Below are positions 1 through 9,954 of a stretch of DNA of 64,000 bases, piece after piece. The notes under the pieces were generated by a model. It saw nothing but the letters and a program-made list of their open reading frames with translations, ran no database searches and had not been told where the DNA came from. The DNA comes from Patescibacteria group bacterium (GTDB lineage: Bacteria > Patescibacteriota > Minisyncoccia > UBA6257 > 02-FULL-45-10c). The stretch spans positions 54,567 to 118,566 of the forward strand of contig JAGWYA010000001.1 of NCBI GenBank assembly GCA_018969615.1. The letters are read 5' to 3'. Each line of letters opens with the position of its first letter. Position 1 is the first letter of the stretch. The position numbers and the translations under genes were made by a program.

Positions 1-172
1 GAACCAGGGCTCCGAGCGAGGCAAGCGCAAGGGCCAAAAGGCCTGCAAGGCGGAATTTCGCCTGGCGCGCCCGTTCATGATCAATGCGATGCAGCACCGC
101 GTGGTACAGCGCAGGGGACGGCTCGGCCTCGGTAAGCGCTAGGGTATGGCGGATAAAACGGTTCTTTTCCAT
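1..172 (-). CDS. anti-sigma factor, N-terminal part (gene continues past the window start)
   Basis: Minus-strand ORF starting ATG at 172 (MEKNRFIRHTLALTEAEP...LAGLLALALASLGALV), hydrophobic segment, 25 bp downstream of the ECF sigma gene; typical sigma/anti-sigma pairing. Confidence 0.5.
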   Translation of the reverse strand, partial: MEKNRFIRHTLALTEAEPSPALYHAVLHRIDHERARQAKFRLAGLLALALASLGALV

Positions 173-197
173 ATGCGTAAGTATACGTAGAAAGCGC

Positions 198-782
198 TTA
201 TTTTGGTGCCTGCGTATGTAAAAGACCTTTCAGGGCGATCAGCGCGCGGCGATGCCGGCTTTTGACGGTATCCAGCGGCGCCTTGATGACCTCCCCGATC
301 TCCTTGAAGGTCAGCCCTTCTGTATAATACAACGAAAGCACCTCCTGATATTTCACGGGAAGCGTATCGACCATGCCGCTCACTCTGCGCATATCTTCGG
401 AGCGCGCGGCAAGCTCATCGGGCAGCGGGTCGGGGTCCATAAGACTGTCTTCGATCATATTCTCGCCTTCCTCGTTCTCAAAGTCGGAAAACGCGGGGTT
501 TTTCCGCTTCCGCATATGATCGATCGCGGTGTTGCGGGCGATCCTGAACAGCCAGGCGCGGAAATTTTGTCCGCGCTTATATTTTTTGATATGCCGCCAT
601 ACTTTGATAAAGGTCTCCTGGACGATATCTTCCGCATCGGTTCGATTGCGTACGAGGCGGTGAATATAGGCGTAGACGGGTTTGAGCGTCTGCTCAATAA
701 GCATCGCAAGCGCCCGCTCGTTGCCGGCAAGATAGTCAGCGATCAGCTGTTCATCGGTAGCGTGTGTCATAGACGGCTGCAC
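198..782 (-). CDS. RNA polymerase ECF-type sigma-70 factor
   Basis: 194-aa ORF with sigma-70 region 2 (DIVQETFIKVW, RAWLFRIARN) and region 4 (TEGLTFKEIGEVIKAPLDTVKSRHRRAL) motifs. Confidence 0.85.
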   Translation of the reverse strand: MQPSMTHATDEQLIADYLAGNERALAMLIEQTLKPVYAYIHRLVRNRTDAEDIVQETFIKVWRHIKKYKRGQNFRAWLFRIARNTAIDHMRKRKNPAFSDFENEEGENMIEDSLMDPDPLPDELAARSEDMRRVSGMVDTLPVKYQEVLSLYYTEGLTFKEIGEVIKAPLDTVKSRHRRALIALKGLLHTQAPK

Positions 783-813
783 TATGCCAGAAGGAACACC
801 GGATGTCCACCCG

Positions 814-1455
814 CTAGAGCGTCGTCAGGAACGTCTGGTAATCTTTGGCGAATAATTTTTCTCCGATCCGGAAGATACCGTCAGTAATGAAGTATGCCGC
901 GAAGACGTCGATCGAATAATGGAGATGCCCGAGAAGTACGGCGACCGCAAAAATGATCGATGCCGCGATGAACGTATACCGAAGCCGCTTATGGTTCCAA
1001 AACATGAGCGCGATCAGAAAGGGAAGCCCGGTATGACCTGAAAAAAAGAGATCTGCCCCAAAGGTGAACTTATTGATAATGTTATTGCTTAACACGATCG
1101 CATGTTCCGGATAAGGGGCGATATGAGTTAATGAGATGAACATCGAACGGACAACGACCCAGAGCGCGATGCTTTTTAAAGCAAAGGGAATACGCTTTGG
1201 TTCGATGATCAGCAAGCATGCCACGAGCACCACGAAGATAAGAATACCCTGGACGAAGATCGGTTCCGTGTTCACAACCGGAATATTGCTTAAGATGATG
1301 TCGGTTACCGGATTGCTTGCGTGGATCGTCGCATAGGTTCCCGCAAAATAATTGATGACCAGGCTCAGCAGAAGGAAAATGACCGCGCCGATCGCCGAGA
1401 TCACGATATCCGCCTGATTCCAGAAATCTTTTTGTGCCGCAATGAACTTTGCCAT
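814..1455 (-). CDS. PAP2-superfamily membrane protein (PAP2_C/sphingomyelin-synthase-like fold)
   Basis: Polytopic membrane ORF with SGHT and HYSIDV motifs matching PAP2 motifs 2/3. Confidence 0.5.
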   Translation of the reverse strand: MAKFIAAQKDFWNQADIVISAIGAVIFLLLSLVINYFAGTYATIHASNPVTDIILSNIPVVNTEPIFVQGILIFVVLVACLLIIEPKRIPFALKSIALWVVVRSMFISLTHIAPYPEHAIVLSNNIINKFTFGADLFFSGHTGLPFLIALMFWNHKRLRYTFIAASIIFAVAVLLGHLHYSIDVFAAYFITDGIFRIGEKLFAKDYQTFLTTL

Positions 1456-1463
1456 AGAAATGA

Positions 1464-2204
1464 TTATTTACGGATATCGATGAAGTCCTTTGTGAACGGG
1501 CGCTTGAATACCAAGGTCCAGATATAGTTCACGCTGTAACGGAGCCCCATCGTCACCACGCCTTCTCCTTCCAAGCGTCGCCCGGAGGTGTACATCGGGA
1601 GCTGGAAAGTAAATACGACATCGCCGACCTCATTCAGGCGGCGGGCAATATCAGTATCCTCGCCGTAGAACTCAAAAGCAATATTGAACCCGCCGATCTT
1701 TTCCAGTGCGGACCGCCGCACCACGAAATTGCCGCCCTGGAGCATCGCTCCTTTCTTGAGGATAAAACGGTTCACGAGATAGCTCGCGTACCCCGCATAA
1801 TAAAAGATCCGAACGCCGAGGTTCGTAATGAACGAAAGATCATGATAGATATACGGACCGCTGAATCCGACCAAATTCGGGTTCTGGTCGAACGCCGCGA
1901 TCACTTTTTCGATCCATCCATGGGGAAGGACCGTGTCCGCGTCGATATTCGCGATCAATTCGCCGTGTGAAGCGGCAAAACCGGCCTGCCGCGCGGCAGA
2001 CAATCCCTTCTTGTGCTCGTCGACCACCGTGACGCCCTTGAAGGAACTTGCGACCTTCTTGGTTCCGTCGGTGCTTGCGTTGTTTACGACGATCACCTCG
2101 ACATCGTGCCGATGGCGCACTTCTTTCAAGACCGACTCCAGGCATGCTCCCACGTATTTTTCCTCATTATAAGCGGGAATGACAAAGCTCAGTTTCATAG
2201 TCAT
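1464..2204 (-). CDS. glycosyltransferase family 2
   Basis: MKLSFVIPAYNEE...NASTDGT...DAD motif; start trimmed to the ATG just after the GT4 stop. Confidence 0.8.
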   Translation of the reverse strand: MTMKLSFVIPAYNEEKYVGACLESVLKEVRHRHDVEVIVVNNASTDGTKKVASSFKGVTVVDEHKKGLSAARQAGFAASHGELIANIDADTVLPHGWIEKVIAAFDQNPNLVGFSGPYIYHDLSFITNLGVRIFYYAGYASYLVNRFILKKGAMLQGGNFVVRRSALEKIGGFNIAFEFYGEDTDIARRLNEVGDVVFTFQLPMYTSGRRLEGEGVVTMGLRYSVNYIWTLVFKRPFTKDFIDIRK

Positions 2205-2208
2205 TATC

Positions 2209-3396
2209 TTACGTCTTTTTGTACCGTCTGTACAACTCCTCCCAGGTATCGGCGACGCGGGGGATGGCATAGCGCTCCACTGATCGGCGCGCGCCTTTGC
2301 TCAGGCGCGACCAGGTCTTTTTATTTTTCAGGATCCCGATCAAGGCGTTTGCCATCCCTTCCGCATCTCCCGGCTCCACGATAAACCCGTTCTCCGGAGT
2401 GATATATTCAGGCAAGGCCCGGGCGTTGACGCCGACGGCCGGTAATCCGCAGGCAAGGGCCTGCATCAGGGTCATACTTTGCGTTTCCGACGTGCTTGCG
2501 ATCGCAAAAGCCCTTCCGGCGCGGTAGAGCTTCGCGAGAAGCGGCTTTTCAAGCGTACCCAAGAACCGGACATGCTGGACAACGTTCAGGTTCTTGGCAA
2601 GCATGCGCAGCTCATCGGCTCCGGCGCCATGGCCGGCAAGCGCAAGGACGACGTCGGGAACCTTTGCGCGCACCGCCGGCAGCGCACGGATAATAGTATC
2701 GATGTTCTTCTCCGCGGCGAGGCGGCCCGCGTAGACGATCGTGTTCGGCGACAGCTTCAATTTTTTGATCGTTTCTTCTTTTTCCTTTGCCTTGGCCACT
2801 TTTTCAGTGAAAAGATCGGTGTCGATCGGATTTGAAAGCGCCTGGTGCGGACGGACGAACCCGTTCGGGACCATTTCGGAAAAGACCGACTCGGACGGGG
2901 CGGTCACGAATTCGCAGGAATTGTAATACCAAACCGCATAGCGGAGCGCAAGCGATTTCGCCCACGGAAAGCGCACGGGAAGATAACGGACGAACTCGGT
3001 GATCGCCGTGTGGTTCGTGCCGATCACCGGAGTATGCGTCATCTTTCCGGCAAGGAGCGCCTCCAGCCCCACACCGAAGATAAGCTGCGTATGGATGATA
3101 TCGGGCTTGATCTTCCGCATCTCCCGGAGGCTTCCTCCGATCGGAAGCACGAGCCTGGCTTGCCCGGTCGGGGAAGGAACCGAGAAAGAGGACAGGCGAT
3201 GGATATGCACGTGCGGTCCGAGATCAAGCTCTTGCTGCAAAAGATTTCCTTTCCGGTAGTCCACAACGGAATATTGCGGAACAAAAAAATGGATCTCGTG
3301 TCCCCGCGCGGACAATGCTTTTGCGAGCGCAATAATAGAGTCAGCGATCCCGCTGAGCTCCGGAAAGAAATTATCTGAGAAAATGGCTATTTTCAT
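2209..3396 (-). CDS. glycosyltransferase family 4
   Basis: 395-aa ORF, MKIAIFSDNFFPELSGIA N-term and C-terminal GT4 EX7E-like region (GLPAVGVNARALPEYI). Confidence 0.8.
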   Translation of the reverse strand: MKIAIFSDNFFPELSGIADSIIALAKALSARGHEIHFFVPQYSVVDYRKGNLLQQELDLGPHVHIHRLSSFSVPSPTGQARLVLPIGGSLREMRKIKPDIIHTQLIFGVGLEALLAGKMTHTPVIGTNHTAITEFVRYLPVRFPWAKSLALRYAVWYYNSCEFVTAPSESVFSEMVPNGFVRPHQALSNPIDTDLFTEKVAKAKEKEETIKKLKLSPNTIVYAGRLAAEKNIDTIIRALPAVRAKVPDVVLALAGHGAGADELRMLAKNLNVVQHVRFLGTLEKPLLAKLYRAGRAFAIASTSETQSMTLMQALACGLPAVGVNARALPEYITPENGFIVEPGDAEGMANALIGILKNKKTWSRLSKGARRSVERYAIPRVADTWEELYRRYKKT

Positions 3397-3485
3397 CGAT
3401 CGTGTTCGTACCTTTAGTGTAGCATTCCGGCGGTCGGGGCCGCTATTTTATTGAGGCGAATATTACTGCGTACTATACTGAGAGC

Positions 3486-4481
3486 ATGGTTGTAAATGAT
3501 TCGATCGGTGTCCGCCCATTTCCTCTGGCTGCGATAGGGGTGATCGTCTTGGTATGCGGTCTTTATTTTTTCACCCTTGCGGCTCCGTCCGGTCGTGCGC
3601 AAACCGAACAATTCACCGTGCCCCTTCATACGACAACGGGTCAAACGATCGATGCGCTGGCATCCGCGGGACTTATCAAGAACAAACTTGCGTTTCGCCT
3701 GGTGCAAATGGTCCGCGGGCCGATCAGGCCGGGCGGCTTCATGCTGTCATCCTCGATGAACGCCTGGCAGATCGCGGGCGCGCTCACCGGCACGCCGTCA
3801 TTGGCATGGGTCGTGATCCCTGAAGGGCTTCGCAAAGAAGAGATCGCCGGGATCTTGGCGCAGGACCTTGGATGGGATGCGACCACGACCGCGCACTGGA
3901 TCACGACTGACACGACGGCTCAATACGATTATACGGAAGGCGTGTATTTTCCGGACACGTATCTGATCCCGCGGACGGAATCGCCGGCGGCGGTCGCTCA
4001 GCGGCTGCAGCAGAAATTCGAGGAAGTGTTCGCTCCGTATGCCGGCGAAGCGCTCCGGCAGAACATCCGCTGGCCGACCGTGCTCCGTATCGCTTCGATC
4101 ATCCAGCGTGAAGCGGCCGGGCCGGGCGATATGCCGCTCATCGCCGGTATTCTATGGAACCGTCTTTTACAAAATATGCCGCTCGATATCGATGCGACCG
4201 TCCAGTATGCGCGCGGCAATACCGGGAGCGGATGGTGGGCGCCGCTCGCGCCGGCGGATCTCAAGATCGATTCGCCGTACAATACGTATCTCCATACCGG
4301 ACTGCCTCCGCTGCCGATCTGCAACCCGGGACTTGATGCGATCAATGCTGTGCTCCATCCGGCGCAAACAAGCTGTCTCTACTATCTGCATGATTCATCG
4401 GGCCAGATCCATTGCGCGGCGACTTACGCGGAACATAAGCAAAACATTGCGACCTATCTTTCGGGCGCAAAAAGCAATTAA
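3486..4481 (+). CDS. mltG: endolytic murein transglycosylase MltG/YceG family
   Basis: N-terminal TM, YceG-like core; leaderless start (TATACT 7 nt upstream of ATG). Confidence 0.8.
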   Translation: MVVNDSIGVRPFPLAAIGVIVLVCGLYFFTLAAPSGRAQTEQFTVPLHTTTGQTIDALASAGLIKNKLAFRLVQMVRGPIRPGGFMLSSSMNAWQIAGALTGTPSLAWVVIPEGLRKEEIAGILAQDLGWDATTTAHWITTDTTAQYDYTEGVYFPDTYLIPRTESPAAVAQRLQQKFEEVFAPYAGEALRQNIRWPTVLRIASIIQREAAGPGDMPLIAGILWNRLLQNMPLDIDATVQYARGNTGSGWWAPLAPADLKIDSPYNTYLHTGLPPLPICNPGLDAINAVLHPAQTSCLYYLHDSSGQIHCAATYAEHKQNIATYLSGAKSN

Positions 4482-4499
4482 ATTGTATACTAAGGGTAT

Positions 4500-4832
4500 A
4501 TGACCTTTGAGGAATATCAAAAAGCGACCGCCGAGACCGCCGTTTATCCGAAGGAAGGCGACCGGGGCATTGTCTATACGACGCTTGGACTCGCGAGCGA
4601 AGCGGGAGAGGTGGCGGGGAAATATAAAAAGGTTATCCGGGACATGAACGGCAGGCTCAGCGATGAAGTGAAAAAAGAGATGGCCAAAGAGGTGGGCGAT
4701 GTGCTCTGGTATGTTTCTCAAGTATGCGCCGAGCTCGGACTGCCCTTGGAAGATGTTGCGGCCGAGAACATCGCCAAACTTCGTTCGCGTAAAGAGCGGG
4801 GCCGTCTTGCCGGGAACGGCGATGACCGATAA
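4500..4832 (+). CDS. MazG-like nucleotide pyrophosphohydrolase
   Basis: 110 aa, EAGEV...EVGDVLWY motifs of MazG NTP-PPase fold; TATACT -10 8 nt before ATG. Confidence 0.7.
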   Translation: MTFEEYQKATAETAVYPKEGDRGIVYTTLGLASEAGEVAGKYKKVIRDMNGRLSDEVKKEMAKEVGDVLWYVSQVCAELGLPLEDVAAENIAKLRSRKERGRLAGNGDDR

Positions 4833-4850
4833 TTAATTTTAATAACTTGC

Positions 4851-5258
4851 ATGAAAGGATTCGTAACCAATATTGAAAAAGCTTCGTTAGAGAATGAGAA
4901 TTTTCGGAAGGTGCTGTATACCGCAAAGAACAGCCAGCTGGTCGTGATGAGCCTCAAGCCGGGCGAGGATATCGGCGAAGAAGTGCATCAGCTTGACCAG
5001 TTCATCCGCATTGAAGCGGGGACGGGGGCGACGGTATTGAACGGTGTCAGGCAGGATCTGAAAGACGGTTCGATCGTGCTTGTTCCGGCAGGTACGCGGC
5101 ATAATATCATCAATACTTCGAGCGATGCCCCGATGAAGCTCTATACGCTTTATGCGCCGCCGAATCATCTCGACGGGATCGTTCACGTCACCAAAGCGGC
5201 TGCGGAAGCCGATGAAAAACACGATCATTTCGACGGGAAAACGACCGAAGCGGCCTAA
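4851..5258 (+). CDS. cupin-domain protein
   Basis: 135 aa, cupin beta-barrel motifs (GEDIGEEVH...IVLVPAGTRHNI). Confidence 0.6.
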   Translation: MKGFVTNIEKASLENENFRKVLYTAKNSQLVVMSLKPGEDIGEEVHQLDQFIRIEAGTGATVLNGVRQDLKDGSIVLVPAGTRHNIINTSSDAPMKLYTLYAPPNHLDGIVHVTKAAAEADEKHDHFDGKTTEAA

Positions 5259-5261
5259 CGT

Positions 5262-5732
5262 ATGAAAATTCTCATAGGACAAAAAGCTCCGTCATTCGCC
5301 TTACCGGACCAAGAGGGCACGATGCACTCGCTCGCTGATCTGAAAGGAAAGTGGGTGCTGCTCTATTTTTATCCCAAAGACAACACGCCGGGTTGTACGA
5401 TCGAAGCGTGCGGGATCCGCGATTCCTTCCCGGACTTCCAAAAAGTGAAGGCGGTCGTTCTTGGCGTAAGCGCCGATCCGCCGCAAAGCCATGCCCGATT
5501 CATTGAAAAATACAACCTGCCGTTCACGCTCCTCTCGGATGAAAAACATGAAACCCTTCAGGCCTACGGCGTCTGGGGAAAGAAGAAGTTCATGGGCCGA
5601 TCGTACGACGGCATCAGCCGCACTTCGTTCCTGATCGATCCCGAAGGGAAGATCGCAAAGATCTATGAAGAAGTGAAACCGGCCGGGCATGCGGAAGAGG
5701 TTCTGCAGGACCTGAAAACGCTCAAGGTCTAA
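5262..5732 (+). CDS. bcp: thiol peroxidase Bcp (peroxiredoxin)
   Basis: KAPSFALPDQEG...YFYPKDNTPGCTIEACG peroxiredoxin active-site motif. Confidence 0.85.
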   Translation: MKILIGQKAPSFALPDQEGTMHSLADLKGKWVLLYFYPKDNTPGCTIEACGIRDSFPDFQKVKAVVLGVSADPPQSHARFIEKYNLPFTLLSDEKHETLQAYGVWGKKKFMGRSYDGISRTSFLIDPEGKIAKIYEEVKPAGHAEEVLQDLKTLKV

Positions 5733-5785
5733 GAAGATATGGTATACTGAGGGAAAGTCATTTCATCATTAACCTTATTACTACA

Positions 5786-7021
5786 ATGAAATACGTACGC
5801 ATATTACAAGTAACCGCGGTTTCGCTGCTGCTCGTTCCGGTCATGGCTTTTGCCCAGACGACCACCGGCACCACGACAACTGCTGCGCCGGCAACGACGA
5901 CCGTTGCGACCACGACCGGACCGGTCCTGCCGACCGCCGCTTTGACGCCGGCAAGTCCGTTCTATTTCCTGACCCAGTGGGGTGAAGCGCTGCAGGAATT
6001 CTTCACGTTCAGTCCGGAAGCGAAAGCGCAGCTTGAACTGCAATTCGCTGCTCAGCGTATCGCGGAGATCAATACGATGATCCAGGATCAGGGGGCGAAC
6101 GCACCGGGTATCGCAGTCGCTCAGGCGGGGCTCGCTGCAAATATTGCAAAAGCGAACACGGCGGTAACCCAAGTAAAGAGCTCCGGCGGGAATGTGGCCG
6201 CACTCGCGCAAAATCTCAGCCAGGCGATCACTCAGCAAAAGATCACGCTGCAGAACGTTTTCGCGGATGCGCAAGGAAAGGTTGTGGCGCAACAGACGGA
6301 ACTTCAGCAGAAACTGCAGGAAGCGGACAGAGTAGGGAGCACGACCCAGGCGCAGGAGATCGCTCAGCAGCTCTCAAGCCTCCAGACCCAGAAAACAGCG
6401 CTTGTCCAGCATCAGGATAATGCCACGAAAGAGCTCTCTGACGCCGGCGACACCGTTGATACGAATTTGAACTCGGCATCGGCAAGCGATGCCCAGGGCG
6501 CGATCAATGATGTTCTGAATAACCGCGCCAATGCATTAGTGCAGAATCCCGCACTGAACCTTACGCTGGTTGACAAAGCGATCTCAGACGCGCAGGACAT
6601 GCTGACAAAAGGAGATGACCAAGCCGCGACCGAGCTTGCAAAACAGGCAGCCGATGCGCTCGATCGCGCAAAGAACGCGGCAGAGCGCGTACAGGCTCCG
6701 GAAGTAGAAGCGGAGAGTTCCCGTGCGCTGCAACTGTTGCAGAAATACGGCGTTCAGCTGGCGAGCACGACGCTTCCGCAGCTCCCGCCTCCGGGAGAAC
6801 TCGAGGGCGAAGGCATGGTTCCGAACCTCCAGGGCCAGCAGCCTCTGCAGAATGCGCCGCGGCCGGGTGAAGGCGAACAGCCAAATATACCGCTCCCGCC
6901 ATCTTCCTCATCAACGCAAATGGCTCCGGTTCAAGGATTGAGGATCCTGAACTCGTCCGATCAGGGAGGAGAGGTCCCGCAGCAGAATACCTCAGATAAC
7001 CAGCCGGGAGGAGATAACTAG
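5786..7021 (+). CDS. secreted Thr/Gln-rich protein, DUF5667-like
   Basis: Signal peptide, Thr-rich linker, PASPFYFLTQWGE motif, long Q/A-rich helical region, Pro-rich tail; paralogue at 54664-55806. Confidence 0.55.
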   Translation: MKYVRILQVTAVSLLLVPVMAFAQTTTGTTTTAAPATTTVATTTGPVLPTAALTPASPFYFLTQWGEALQEFFTFSPEAKAQLELQFAAQRIAEINTMIQDQGANAPGIAVAQAGLAANIAKANTAVTQVKSSGGNVAALAQNLSQAITQQKITLQNVFADAQGKVVAQQTELQQKLQEADRVGSTTQAQEIAQQLSSLQTQKTALVQHQDNATKELSDAGDTVDTNLNSASASDAQGAINDVLNNRANALVQNPALNLTLVDKAISDAQDMLTKGDDQAATELAKQAADALDRAKNAAERVQAPEVEAESSRALQLLQKYGVQLASTTLPQLPPPGELEGEGMVPNLQGQQPLQNAPRPGEGEQPNIPLPPSSSSTQMAPVQGLRILNSSDQGGEVPQQNTSDNQPGGDN

Positions 7022-7103
7022 CTCCCGCTACGGAAAAAGAACCGGCCGTCAGAGGGCCGGTTTTTTCTTGCGGAAACCGGGGGAAAAATGTATACTCTAC
7101 ACC

Positions 7104-8576
7104 ATGTCACAAGCGAACGAAGTTATTGTCAGATTTGACGACGTATCCTTCGAATTCGGCCATAATCATCCGATCCTCAAGGAGGCGAAATTTTCGATCC
7201 GCCAAGGGACAAAGATCGCATTGATGGGGCAGAACGGCGCGGGGAAAACGACGATATTCAAATTGATCACCGGCGCGCTCTCTCCGGAAGAAGGTTCGAT
7301 CAGCCTTGCGGACGGTCTGACGGTCGCGACAGCACGGCAGGTCATTCCGCGCGACCAGCTCGACCTTACGGTCCTTGAGTTCTTTTCCCGTTGCTTCTCT
7401 CAAAAGGTGTATGATATCGAACCGCGGATCGATAAGATCCTGAAGGTCGTGAACCTTCATGCGCCCCATGATCGCATCATCCGGTCATTTTCCGGAGGCC
7501 AGCAAGCGCGCCTGCTTCTCGCCTCGGCCTTGATCCAGGACCCCGATCTGCTGCTCCTTGATGAGCCGACCAACAACCTTGATCCCGCGGGGATCGCGCA
7601 TCTCACGCAATTTTTGGTGGACTATACAAAGACCTGCCTGGTCATTTCCCACGACGCAGAATTCTTGAACGCATTTACGCACGGCGTGCTGTATCTCGAT
7701 GTCTTCACTAAGAAGGTCGAGCAGTATACCGGCAATTATCACAATGTGGTTGCGGAGATCCAGGTCCGGATCGAACGCGAGCGTATGAAGAATGTGCGCC
7801 TTCAAAAGGACATCGCAAACCGGAAAGAGCAGGCGAACTTCTTTGCGCAGAAAGGAGGGCATATGCGCGACGTCGCCCGGAAAATGAAGGAGAAGATCGA
7901 AGAACTTGAAGAAGAGACCGTTGATGTCCGCCGTGAGGATAAAACGATCAGGCCGTTCGCCATCCAGGCGCAAGATGATCTCTTGGGGCCGATCCTCGAA
8001 CTTTCCTCCGTTTCGATCATGAAGGCTCATAAGCCGGTTCAGAAGAAGGTTGCGATCGCGCTGAAAAAGAACGAACATTTATTGCTTGCGGGGCCGAACG
8101 GGATCGGAAAGACCACGCTTTTGGAAAAGCTTGCGAGCGGCCACGCAAAAGGGGAGCATATCGCCGAAGGCGTCCGCGTCGGTTATTACCGGCAGGATTT
8201 CTCCACGCTGAACTTTGACGACACGGTACATGATTCGCTGGCAGCCGTAACGAAAGATCATCTCGACTGGGGCATGACCGAAGAAAAGCTCCGGTCGGTC
8301 GCCGCGGGATTTTTATTGGATGACCAGCTGATGCGCGCAAAGATCGGAAGTCTTTCCGAGGGGCAAAAAGGATTGGTTGCGTTCGCGCGATTGGTCATGC
8401 AAAAACCGGGCCTTCTGATCCTTGATGAGCCGACGAACCACATCAATTTCCGCCACATTCCGGTGATCGCCAAAGCACTGGATTCTTATCAGGGAGCCAT
8501 GGTCCTGGTCAGTCACGTTCCGGAGTTCGTCAAACAGATCCGCATCGATAAAAAGCTTGATCTTGAACAGCTCTAA
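7104..8576 (+). CDS. ABC-F family ATPase (two tandem ABC domains)
   Basis: Two Walker A (GQNGAGKTT, GPNGIGKTT), signature LSGGQ / LSEGQ, no TM domains; start placed at ATG 8 nt after TATACT. Confidence 0.85.
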   Translation: MSQANEVIVRFDDVSFEFGHNHPILKEAKFSIRQGTKIALMGQNGAGKTTIFKLITGALSPEEGSISLADGLTVATARQVIPRDQLDLTVLEFFSRCFSQKVYDIEPRIDKILKVVNLHAPHDRIIRSFSGGQQARLLLASALIQDPDLLLLDEPTNNLDPAGIAHLTQFLVDYTKTCLVISHDAEFLNAFTHGVLYLDVFTKKVEQYTGNYHNVVAEIQVRIERERMKNVRLQKDIANRKEQANFFAQKGGHMRDVARKMKEKIEELEEETVDVRREDKTIRPFAIQAQDDLLGPILELSSVSIMKAHKPVQKKVAIALKKNEHLLLAGPNGIGKTTLLEKLASGHAKGEHIAEGVRVGYYRQDFSTLNFDDTVHDSLAAVTKDHLDWGMTEEKLRSVAAGFLLDDQLMRAKIGSLSEGQKGLVAFARLVMQKPGLLILDEPTNHINFRHIPVIAKALDSYQGAMVLVSHVPEFVKQIRIDKKLDLEQL

Positions 8577-8611
8577 TAAAAAGACCCTCTTACTTTTGCA
8601 GGAGGATCTTT

Positions 8612-9916
8612 TTAATGCCGGCGAAAGCGAGGATTTCCTCCCTGCCGGTTCCGGTTTCCGAAACCATGATGCGGGCGGCGATTTCGATCAAAGCGCTGCG
8701 ACGCGCCATGGCCGGAAGGCCTTTCCATCGCCGGCTCAGGAGGCTCCGGCAATGACTCGGGAAGCTTGCTGATCGGCAATGATTTTCTCAAAAGCCGTTC
8801 GATCGTACGAAGATCGCCGCGCTGATCAGGCGTCGCAAAGGAGATCGCGTGACCGGAGGCTCCGGCGCGGCCGGTGCGTCCGATCCGGTGCACATAGTCT
8901 TCAGCCTGCTGCGGGAGATCATAGTTAATGACCAGCTCAATATTAGTGACGTCGATGCCGCGGGCGGCGATGTCGGTCGCGATCAGAACACGGTAGCGGC
9001 CGTTCTTAAATCCTTCTAACGCATCCGTCCGCTGGTTCAATGAACGATTGGAATGCAATTCAGCGGCCGTATAGCCCGCAGCCCGGACGACCCGCGTGAT
9101 CCTTTTTGCGGAGAACTTCATCCGTGTGAACACTAAAATGGAACCGTGGTATTCGGAAAGGATCTTATGGAGCAGCGCTGATTTTTGATTTCGCGGAACG
9201 ACGAAGACCTCCTGGGTGACGTTGGTCGCCGCCGTTCCCTGAGGAACGACCTCGATCCGCACCGGGAGCTGCATGTAGCTGCTGGCGATCTGCATGATCG
9301 CCGGAGGCATGGTGGCCGAAAAAAGCATGGTCTGCCGCTGCGCGGGGACATGCTGGAGAATGCGCTTCAATTGAGGGGCGAATCCCATATCAAGCATGCG
9401 ATCAGCCTCATCAAGCACCAGGACCGCAACCTTTGAAAAAGAGAGCGTGCGATGATCAAGATGATCGATAATGCGGCCGGGAGTGCCGATAACGATATCC
9501 GGGCCCCGTTGAATTTCAGCGATCTGACGTCCCATGGCTGTGCCGCCGATCAAAAGGGCGGTTTTGATGCCGAACTCTCCGCCGATCTTTTGAAGCGATT
9601 CACGGACCTGGATCGCGAGTTCCCGCGTCGGGAGCACGATCAAACCGTGCCCGCCGCCCTGAAGAGAACGCTGGATCATCGGGATGCCGAACGCAAGCGT
9701 CTTTCCTGTTCCGGTCTGAGCGATGCCGACCAGGTCTTTCCCTTCCAAAGCGGTCGGGATCGACCGTTCCTGAATAGGGGTCGGATGGACGTATTTATGT
9801 TTATGAAGAGAATTCAGAAGATTCGGCGCGATACCAAGTCCGGAGAACCCGCTTGAAGGCTGAGGCTGCATATGCTGCAGGATACCAGAAGCGGCGGGAG
9901 AATGCCAGGACATCAT
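8612..9916 (-). CDS. DEAD-box ATP-dependent RNA helicase
   Basis: Q-motif, AQTGTGKT, VLDEADRMLDMGF, SAT, HRIGRTGR motifs; Arg-rich C-terminal tail. Confidence 0.9.
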   Translation of the reverse strand: MMSWHSPAASGILQHMQPQPSSGFSGLGIAPNLLNSLHKHKYVHPTPIQERSIPTALEGKDLVGIAQTGTGKTLAFGIPMIQRSLQGGGHGLIVLPTRELAIQVRESLQKIGGEFGIKTALLIGGTAMGRQIAEIQRGPDIVIGTPGRIIDHLDHRTLSFSKVAVLVLDEADRMLDMGFAPQLKRILQHVPAQRQTMLFSATMPPAIMQIASSYMQLPVRIEVVPQGTAATNVTQEVFVVPRNQKSALLHKILSEYHGSILVFTRMKFSAKRITRVVRAAGYTAAELHSNRSLNQRTDALEGFKNGRYRVLIATDIAARGIDVTNIELVINYDLPQQAEDYVHRIGRTGRAGASGHAISFATPDQRGDLRTIERLLRKSLPISKLPESLPEPPEPAMERPSGHGASQRFDRNRRPHHGFGNRNRQGGNPRFRRH

Positions 9917-9954
9917 TTTTCAACATCTGAAAAATGGCGTATACTGGAGAACAT

